From the human T2T-CHM13v2.0 reference genome, Homo sapiens, in the NCBI RefSeq assembly GCF_009914755.1, contig NC_060928.1: a stretch of 64,000 nucleotides of DNA; one strand, given 5' to 3'. The number at the start of each line of letters is the position of its first letter. Position 1 is the first letter of the stretch. Under the pieces are notes generated by a model that saw nothing but the letters and a program-made list of their open reading frames with translations, made no database searches and was not told the origin of the DNA. Below are positions 53,405 to 64,000 of the stretch, one piece after another. A program made the position numbers and the translations under genes.

Positions 53405-55787
53405 TCAATATCTTATGGCAAAAGTAGTAAATGGTGTAAGTGAGCTAGCCCAGTTGTTCAAATGCCATGTACTGTTTCTCTAGAAAAATGTCCTGATGCT
53501 AATCACTGTTTCCTCACTTGTTAAAGTTTCTAAATGCTTTAAAACCTACTTCTGTGACCCTTCTACTTGCTAGACCAAAATAAAACATTAACTTGAATTA
53601 TATTCAGAAACATTTCATTATTAATTTAGATACCAGAAAGTATACTCTCCCATATGACAAAATATATTTCTGTCCACACCCATGACGAACAAGACATCTG
53701 TGCAATAAAAGTTCATGTGTAGAGTAATCTTTAAAACATGGAAAATTCAATCAAAATGTTTTTATTTTTAAAAACACAAAATCAGAAATCAAAAGCTCAA
53801 AGTACTGCTTATGGCAACAGTAAATTCATTCCGTCTAGGATCACTAACTCACTCAGGGTATGCTCACTTTATCATTTAGTAAATGATACCATAGTTTTTC
53901 CACTGAAAGTACCAAACCCATTTGGTGAGCTCTGTTAACGCTTGTGTGTATTTTTCAGATGTTCTGGTCTAACCACCCCAATATACCTTCACCCTCTATG
54001 CATCTGTTCATGCAAGTCTCCTTGCCTAGAATTTTCTTTTCTCCAGTTTTCTTTTCCCACACCACTGTCATTTACCTAGATCCAATACAAATCTCCTATT
54101 TTATATAAACCTGGTCCTGACCATTCCCTCCACCCAATAGACACAGCATAGATCAGTGTAGGCAATTAAATTCACCGGTACGTAAAAGAAGCTTGATTCT
54201 GAAGAATCAAGCCCGACCCTCAGGCTTCCAGCATGGCTGACTGAGGACAAGGCCAAGCCCTTCTACATAAGCCTTTATGAAGTTAAGAGTCAAGTCAAAG
54301 AGAACAATCTCCAAATTAGAAGGCAGAAAAGTAGTGGCAGTCCTCTCTAGGATCTCTAATGAGTTAGTTATTATTTATTCATTCACTCGTTCAACATTTA
54401 TTTCACCTCCTCCTCAGTGCCAAACCCTGAACTAGGAGCTAAGGATAAAAATAAGAATATGGTCCGTGCACTTAATATCTAATATTAATCAAGCACTTAC
54501 TATGTAACAGCTGTTCCACATGCACATTAATTTTAATCTTCACAACAAGACCCTAATGCTATTGTACTTGTCCAAGCTCACAAAACCAACCAGTAAGCAA
54601 GCCTAAATGTGAACACAGATCTGTTCAACTCCAAAGCCACTGAACCACAATGCTACAAGTAACTCAGTGGGAGTTATGAAAGGTATCAAATATATATTTT
54701 ATAAATGCAATAACTGAGTGTTTATAGCACATAAAATTAATGTCTATAATTTCCATGACATCATACATTAAAAGGGCTAGTCTAGGTATTTTAATTAATA
54801 ACATCTTTTCTTTAAAAAATGCTATATATAGCAGTAATCAATTTAATACTGAGTTTTACAACACAATCTATGTGTAGGTTACCTACTGTCAACTAAGAGA
54901 TCTGTTTTGGAGAAAAGAGTAAAGTAAAAGTCACTTTGAGTAATATTAAAAGGAAGAAACAGGATCTCACGAAGGAAGCTGAGTTACAAATAAAGCAGTA
55001 GAATGGTACTATCCCTTCTCTGCAATAAAAAATAGATCTGCCAGCACCTCAATCCTTAAAAAATGTAAATGGCTGATGCCTCAATTTCATCAGAGAAACC
55101 ACGGAAAATAAAATCCAGTTTGCAACGATAAATAAATATAATTTATCCTTAGTGTAAATAAGTCCTATAAATTAGATAAAAACACTCAAAATAATCTCAA
55201 AATAAACCTGAGAAAAATAAAATATTCACAACTTGATATCTTAATTTGTGACATGTAGAATAGCATGAAATGTCATCACACTACATGTTTCATTATACTA
55301 CATAAAAAGTAGCTATAACAGGATTTAAAGCTGCAATTTTGAATGATTTTTTAGAATTTTCCTTTCTGAGCTGGAAAAAATCAAGCATCAGGCATTAAGA
55401 AGAAATAAGTCTACAGTATTAAAGAGGTGTTTTATGTTTATATAAAATCAAGACAACTTACTTTATGTGTTTCCTATGCTCCAGTTTGTAGTACCCTAGA
55501 AATCTGGTAGATTTTTGCTTTTGTTAGAGTGATTTCATACTTTTGCCCTTGGTTAAAAATTACGGGTTTTTAATACTTTGAATGTACTGTATCTGAAATC
55601 AAACATGATACCTTTGCTGCAATTTTATGAAGTTTTAAAAATGTTAAACAACAGCTGCTTGAGTAGGAATTTACCATACCAAAATGTAAACTAACATTAC
55701 CAGTGCAAATGGTCTAAGTTTACAACTTTAACACTATAATCCAAGGACACAGTTTAACTTCACAGGGTCTGTAAATAAGCACCTTTT

Positions 55788-56174
<387 letters not shown>

Positions 56175-56509
56175 TCACTGGCAATTACCAGGAAGAAAAA
56201 ACAATACATTTTATGTAGACTCTACTTGGCATCTAGTTTTCTACATATTCAAAATAGAATTTAAATGATCATTTATAATAAATGATTCATATTTTCTATT
56301 ACCAAAAATATTTTTAAATTATAAATATTTTCTATACAGTAATAGGAACTAAAATTTTCTTCAACTTAAAATTGATAATTTTCAAATTATCAATATGAGA
56401 ATACTTAGTAGTGATTTTATTTCTTATTCTTATATATGTCTCATACAGTATAAATCTTATTTATTTAACAGCACACTGGATTTTCTTTGTCCAGAAGAGA
56501 GTATCATGA

Positions 56510-57276
56510 GAATTGTATTACTGCTTTATTTTTTCTAAGAGAAAATACTGAACAAAGACATACTATATATTACAATCCACAAATAAGAATTTGTTTTTTT
56601 TCAAATTGTACACATAAACCCCACAAATACTATGCATATCAACAACATATGGTTTTGAACTTAATACTCAAGTCTAAGATTCAGTACACATTCCAAACAA
56701 ACAAGAAACTGTATTTGCTAACTTTAATTTCCCAATACGACAGGTTCTTCTTGTTCTATTTAGTGAAAATTACAGTTTTTCCCCATGCGTTTATCATTCT
56801 ATAGCCAGAATGTTCTATTAACTGTCCTTCATAAAATACAATATAAATGGAAAAAAGTGAATTAAGTTAATACAACCTTGAATTACTGTTTACCATATTT
56901 CTCTTCAAAATCAACTATAAAAAACATCAGTAACTAGGCTTACTGAACCACTCTGCAATTCCAGGTCCTGTAGTAGCTGCAAAGGAAGACTGAATAGTAA
57001 CAAAGGCTACATAACTAGGCCATCAGCACAAAACCTGTACAACTCTACTCATGTAAGAATGATCTTCCAGAATACCATTTTCCTAAGAGTAGAAAGTATG
57101 TCCTAGATCTTCCCATGTCCATTTTGTCCAAATGGATAATTGCTCCTCTGGTGTTTGTGGACCATCAGGAGTCAGCAGTCACTTAAAAACGCATATGACA
57201 TGAGCTCAGAAATCAGCATCATGGCTAAGGAGATCTTCCTGTAGTACAGCAACAATGATACTGCCAAAGAGGGGCT
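56510..57276 (-). other. Candidate alternative terminal exon, 3' end uncertain
   Basis: Acceptor tattttatttctcag|AGCCCC at 57276; all frames stop within 105 nt; AATAAA on minus strand at 56525-56530. Confidence 0.25.
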
Positions 57277-59039
57277 CTGAGAAATAAAATACCATCCAAA
57301 TGAATGAATAAATTCCCAAGTAAACAGACTTATCACATCACCATTATATAATAGGAAGAAACTCTATGCATCATGTAGGTCATCTAAAATGCTTAGTGAT
57401 CTCATTCTTACCATAACAAATTATCTGCCAGACAAGACCTTCAAGGTCAACCCTGGCAACAATTAAAAAATAATGAAAAGCATTCATCCCTGAGGTAGAG
57501 TTAGAATGTTTTAGTTTGAAGCAATGTGCTGTATATTTTATTAGCTATAACTTGCTTAATTATTCATTGTGACTCCTCTTATATTCCATACAGAAACCTC
57601 AGGTTGCTCAGATTTCTAACTGAAATCTTTTTTTCTTATTCAAGGGCAAATGCCTTAAGAGACCAAAATTTTTGTCCACCATTTTCAACTGAACACAAAG
57701 ATATATCTCCTTAGAATGAAATACTAACTTAAAGCCTGAAAGAAAGTGCAAGGGAGAGAGGAAAGGAGGAAAGAGAGAGAGAAAGACAGATATACAATTT
57801 CATCATCCTAAACAAGAATCTCCACAGAGGTCCTCCTCCTGCACCTCAGCTGCACATACTCCCCCATGCCACCTGCATCCACAGACACCCTATGCTGCTC
57901 TCAGCCCCTAGGACCTGCTGCAACCTCGAAGGTTGACCAAAGTGTTGCTGAGGCAAGACCCCCACATTCCTTCCCATCATTACTCAGGATTATCTGAATT
58001 CACACCACCACTGCCTCCTTGAGTTACTTTCAGGCACATTTTGCCACTAAAGATGGAGCAATTGTCATCAGTTTAATCATCTTCCTATTTCAGATACGTG
58101 GGTGTGCCAGAGGTGCTCTCTGCTGGAGGCACAGACAGGGATAAGGGGAGGACCCAAGGTGGTCCTGTACTGGAATGCCAACACAAACAGAGGAATGCTA
58201 TTGGTGTGTGCAAGATGGAAACCACTCTAAATCCCTCCTCCTCCCAGCCCCCAGGAGAGGAGCTACTTTAACACCAATGACAATGAACCTGGGAATAAAC
58301 TCCCCTCACTCACATGAAATTGAGGACTCCTCTCCCCTCTCTCCACAGCTCTGAACATGAAGGTTCAGAAAATAAAATCCAACTTTAACACCAAAATTAA
58401 CAGGGCCACTCCCTTGTGTGGTCACAGGTCTGAGCCACAGGCAAATCTCAAAAGGGTAACATTCCTGAAAACGAGCATACCTCAGCTTTCCATACAAACA
58501 ACTAAGGCAAACAAGTAACCTGATGGTAATTTTTCATAAAAATGGCCACAAACACTATGATTAACCAACTTCACGTGTGGGGATGTCTAAAGAGAGCTGG
58601 ATTTGGAGTCAAACCGAGTAAACTGTAAACAACAAACTCAGATAATCAAAAAGTCTTTACCTTGGAGGGATCATAGTGATGAGTTCAACGCCCTCATTTT
58701 AGAGCTGAAAGGAGGAAACCCTTATGCCAAGAATGAAGCGATTTGTTCAGCAGAACAAAGTCAGATATTGGCAGATCTAGGGTCAGGCCCCGCGGTCGCC
58801 TAACTCAGGGCCTGCAAAATTTCTATTACACTACAAATTGCTGTAATTCAAGAATTCCCTGTGGTCAATTTCAAGAGAAAGGACCACAGAATGTTAACTT
58901 CTTTCTACCCTTTGTTCCTAATAGTAGAGTTTTGTCTTGCTCTTAAATCAGTGAGAAAAAAATGTCATTCTCTTATACATGCCCTCTTCCTGGACTTCAT
59001 CTCGGCCTCTCTACTCCGCAGTCTCTGGCACACAGGCAC

Positions 59040-59590
59040 TGTGGGATGGACTCTTCAGCCTGTGCCTGTCTAGTCTAGTCCTAACCTCCTTTTTTCTTAG
59101 TGACTTAACCCAGTTTTGTGCAGAGCAACATTTCTCAGCTGAGAAACTAAATATCTCAACCTCACTGCAGTTATGGATGGCAAAGAAACCTACTTCTGGT
59201 CAATGTGATATAAACGGAAGTTACCAGTTGGAGATTCCAGGAAAGCTCTTTAAGCGGATTTGACTTTTCTTTCCTGCAGAAAGCTTAAAGCAGGTTTTAT
59301 TGGTTTGTACCTTTGACTTTTCACTGACTTCTACCTTCAAGGATCCTGGAGGTGCAGCAGCCAGTTTGCCACCATGAGGCAACAAGCATGAGGATGAAAG
59401 CTGAACAACCAAAAAGAAGGCTGAACAGAAAGTCAGAAAGAACCTCAGATCCAACGACATTACAAAGCTACCTACCTGCCCTGGGCTGCCTTCCTCTAAA
59501 CTAGAGAAAGGGAGACCCCCATTTGATTAAGCCACTTTAGCCTGAGTTTTCTGTTACATACAGCTGGAATTATTTTTTATGGATATATCA
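59040..59590 (+). mobile_element. MLT1 (J/K-type) LTR relic
   Basis: TTCTGGTCAATGTGATATAAACGGAAG...CCTGGAGGTGCAGCAGCCA...GATTAAGCCACT...TTTCTGTTAC. Confidence 0.75.
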
Positions 59591-60345
59591 CATGTTAATG
59601 GATATCTCCAAGAACAACAAAAACAAAAAATCACAACTGTATACTCTCAATTGTATGCTTCAAATTGTTTTGGTCACATGTTTAGACCAAGCACTGACTG
59701 AATGCTAACTTCTTTAAAGCAACATGACAAAATCGCTGAAAGGGAGGGGGTTCTGGAGGCGATAACAATATGTCTCCCTGTAAAATACACTCATCTCAAC
59801 GCATAAAGTGTTAAAAATGGTTGTATCCTGAGAAAAGATGTGGCAAATTGTATCAGTAACTGTGGTAATCCCTAAGAATTTAACAGTGACAGCATCATCC
59901 AATATATGAACTAGGCATGTTGTTTTCCCAGAAGGATATGTTTTTATTCTACACAACTACGAATGTCTTAATTATGAAATGTGGAGCAAGCAGTATTTTA
60001 CAGGTGGTACAAAGAACATCAAGACAACCTGCTACCTATTTACCATCAAATATTTTGTGGCCAGAAACCTGGTCAGAATATGAACACATCACTGAAAATC
60101 TTGCCACTACACTGCATTTCTAATAAGTCAGTTTGTTTAGAGTCATTCTTGAGCTACCCAAGAATTCTGAACTGCCACCTCTTCCAGAGACATTCCTCTC
60201 TATTTGTGTCTTGTTTGGAAATTCTAATAAGTTGAAATGAGAAAATGGCTTCGGAAAATAATTTACATGCTAGGGTAGCTTACTTTTTCCCTGAATATTA
60301 GACAAGTCAATAAAAATCCAGTATTTTAGGGAAAACAATAAAGTA

Positions 60346-60580
60346 CAGACTGAACATGCTACATCCAAAATGCCTGGAAAAGAAATGTTTTGGATTTTAC
60401 ACTTTTTAAAATTTTGGAATATTTGCATCATACTTAATAGGTGAAAATCTTAAACCTGAAAAATCTGAATCCAAAACACTCCAGTGAGCATTTCCCTTGG
60501 GCGTCACATTGGCGCTCAAAAAGTTTTGGATTTTGGAGTATTTCAGATCTCCTATTTTCAGATTCGAAATGCTCAACCTA
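60346..60580. mobile_element. Tigger4a/MER46A-like MITE
   Basis: ATCCAAAATGCCTGG...CCAGTGAGCATTTCCCTTGGGCGTCA...ATGCTCAACCT; related to 36693-37325. Confidence 0.85.
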
Positions 60581-62206
60581 TGTGGAGAGAATGCATCTGC
60601 CTTAGTCACTCTCCTAAGTTATAAATTATGAACATTTCAATCTTCCAAAGGTATATTTACATCACAACACATCATCACATCAAACTATATCAACCATTTA
60701 ACAATTCTAACATATAAAATCAGACAGAAAATTTTTTAAATGCTTAGATATAATAAGTTGGGGAGACTATTAAACACTTATTATTCAGAATTAACCAATC
60801 TATTTCTTAAAATTGTTTATCACTTAGTCACTGGAATGCCCAAATACTAATAAAAGGGTAATAAGTGAGAAGACCCAGTAGGGGTGGCTGACAATTGGAA
60901 AGTACTCTTTAGTCGCAAGGCTTGCAGAAGACCCAGAGGAGAAGGTGTACTTTCCCTACTCCTCTGTAGATCAGCCAACCTCACTTAAGGGACCTGGGTA
61001 ACATCTATCCATAGCAAGCAGTTGGAAAGGGACAAATGCTCTCATACACTTTGCCTTTGCAGGACACCCTACAGCCTGCTAGCTTACAGGAGAAAGCTTT
61101 GCCTGGCTACCAGATTATACCTAATTGTGCTATGTATCAATTTTGTAAAGACACATGTTATACCTCAATTAACTCAATGTTCAACATAGAGGGCTATCTT
61201 TCATCTCAAATTTCCACTTTCATCTACCAAGGCATTACACTTGGCTCTTCTTAAGAGTAAAGGAAAGCCTCTCTCAGCTACACAACCAGGTTTTTTGAAG
61301 CAATCCAACTTGTAATTAACAGCAGTGAGGAGCCTGGTCAGGCCTTGCAGAAAAAGCAAGGCCCCAGGTTGAAAAAACAAAAATAAAAAAAAGGGACTCA
61401 CTGCAGAGAGAACTTGGCCTACCTGTGTAGGAATAGAAAGATGGCAGGTGCTTTGCCAGAATGCTATAGGACACGGGTAAAAGGTGTTCAGCTCAGGATT
61501 CACCAGGTAAGAGTTTCAAAGGTAAATGCACTATTTTCGAAATAGTAATTTGGAAAATTTACCGTCTCTCCTCTTTCCAGTATATACAGTACTTAAAAAC
61601 ATACTGAGTTTTTTGTACTTTTAGAAGTCTTCTTGTCCTCTGCTCGTTTCTTTCCTCATTTATCTCCTAGTATTACTTTTATGGAGTGAGATGGGGCTTT
61701 CATCTCTTAATAGTTACAGGAAAAAGCCCTCATTAAAAGAAGGTGCCAGTTTAATAAGAGAATCTGTGTAGAATTTAAAAACTAAACTGTACCAAAAAGC
61801 ACTTTTTTTGACTGATAAAAATATATCTTATATCTTCTATACATTCCATAGGTGATTACACCGAGATTATCAAGTCTTACATATACATTATTTCATTTAA
61901 ATTCATAAAAGGCATTCTTTTGGTTACTATAACAGAGCATTAAGGACAAAAATATTAATACTAAAGGCATAAAGAGAAACATGAATTGTGAGATCAAAAT
62001 TCTAGAGAACATCAGACTATTGAAAAAATCTGACTGTAACACTATGCCTCAACTTTTAAAATCATTACCTTTTATATACACAAATTTAAGAGCGTGTAAT
62101 ACAATCGTTCAAACTGTTTGCAGACTGATAGGAATATGATAAAAGGATAAAACATAGACTGGAGAGGGACACACCAGGGGAGAGGTAACGTCCGGGCAAG
62201 GAGGGA

Positions 62207-62386
62207 AGGAAATATGATCAGGAACCCTTCAAGTATACATTCCTTAAAAAAAAAAAACTCTGCAGGAAATATGATCAGGAACCCTTCAAGTATACATTCC
62301 TTAAAAAAAAAAAAGTCTGCGGGAAATATGATCAGGAACCCTTCAAGTATACATTCCTTAAAAAAAAAAAGTCTGCAGGAAATATG
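62207..62386. repeat. 57-bp tandem triplication within an old L1M-like 3' relic
   Basis: AGGAAATATGATCAGGAACCCTTCAAGTATACATTCCTT(A)11-12(C/G)TCTGC at 62207, 62264 and 62321, closed by AGGAAATATG at 62377. Confidence 0.96.
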
Positions 62387-63510
62387 CAAAATGTTGACAA
62401 TTATATCTGAGAGATGAATGCATGAATGTTTGTTCTATTCTTCTCTAGTCTTTTCCAAACAGAAAAGTATCTTGGGGTGGAGTTATAATATTCTCAGGTG
62501 AAAACATGCCCAAATGGGGTTTAGGGTTAGGTAAGAAGTGTGAGACGGTAGCAAGAATTCAAATGTTCTGGGTGGTGGCAGGCAGGAAAGGTATTCACAA
62601 GGGCCAAAGAGTAGTTCCAGAATCACCTGAAAGGAGGGCAAGGTAGGGCTGCCTAGGGAGACAGTACACTACGGGCACTGTGTGAATGAAAAATACAACA
62701 AGGTTCTATTCAAGTAGCTGCTGTTTACTTGGTGATGTGTGACCCCAGAATTCAGCACTGTATACATCAGCTTACTATGAACCAAACTGGCATAAGACGG
62801 TTGATTTGTTGCATAAAATGAACCCTTAATCTTAAATACAGAGGAAACCACTAAAATAATGTTAGCAACAGCAATCCTGAACTCAGATTTTGACAGGCCC
62901 CAAAAATTGTTATAAAATACATGCTTACCTATAAAAGTAAAAAATTATGTCTGCTCATAATATGACTTTTAAGAGTGAAGTCGGGAATTTATTTTATCTG
63001 GTACACCACAGTAATTTGCTATAAAGCTTTATGAAACAGCTAAAATAATGTTACAGCCAGAAACCAATTGTTGCTAAAATGCATTCAGTTAAAATGGAAA
63101 GTATAGGGAAATAAAACACTGTAATTGTCTCTCAACCCACATTGTATATTATGTTGCTAAATTATATACCATTATATTTTCTACATTTTAATATGCTTTC
63201 CCATAGAGGAACTGATAGCATAAGGAAATGATTCTCTGCTTTTATTTCTGAAGACCTAAATAATATCCCACACATATTTATAAACCAAACAGGGTCTCAG
63301 CCTCTTGTTAGATCCCAAAGCTTATAAAATCTGTTTCACAGAACCATGACATGTAACAGTGCTTGAGTAACACAAACGGTTTTCTGTTCTATTTCTCACT
63401 GTGAGTCAGAATTGTACATCTCATATTTAAAGTGAGCTACAATAATATGAAAAAAATCAAGGTTTTCTTAATTTTAGAAAATCTTTTAATAGCATTTGTA
63501 TAATTCTTAC

Positions 63511-63591
63511 AAATACTGTCTTTGGCCTTGATACTATTTTGTTTAACCTCATCCATCCATTGAATAGTTGGAGCATGTAAAGTAGATATTT
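63511..63591 (-). other. Candidate 81-nt frame-preserving exon
   Basis: ctttctttcctttctctggggagcag|AAATAT...GTATTT|gtaaga; two frames open. Confidence 0.2.
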
Positions 63592-63701
63592 CTGCTCCCC
63601 AGAGAAAGGAAAGAAAGCCATGGCCTTGATCCAAATTTAGCAGAATGTTGACAAATCAAATACTAATAAGTAATATGTGTAGTATTTAAATAAAAGATCA
63701 A

Positions 63702-64000
<299 letters not shown>

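Noticed and set aside
58661-58714. 54-nt minus-strand exon-like segment
   Set aside because: Lies in MIR-like sequence that commonly yields such motifs; no further support
62072-62417. ORFs with triplicated peptides
   Set aside because: Artefacts of the 57-bp tandem repeat

Overview
Great-ape (most likely human) genomic DNA: AT-rich, CpG-poor and dense in interspersed repeats. These include 11 dimeric Alus plus a FAM monomer, a young 5'-truncated L1PA2, older L1M pieces, MST/MLT1 solo LTRs, Tigger/Charlie/MER DNA transposons, and MIR/L2 relics. I found no recognisable protein-coding exon, RNA gene, CpG island or prokaryotic system; the six-frame ORFs are repeat-derived or spurious. By eye the + strand is A-rich, most L1 pieces lie on +, and the best splice signals are on -, so the window looks like part of a large intron of an unidentified minus-strand gene (inference). 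The items most worth follow-up are: (i) a 30-bp VNTR built from overlapping palindromes (38361-38619); (ii) minus-strand candidate exons, namely a 13-nt microexon (29784-29796) beside the L1PA2 and three terminal-exon-like segments (~28.3, ~36.4, ~57.3 kb); (iii) two neighbouring antisense Alus sharing the same donor-creating double substitution; (iv) a 45-bp dispersed duplication with a hairpin; (v) a 57-bp triplication. I cannot support a novel biological system from this sequence; all exon calls are motif-based hypotheses.
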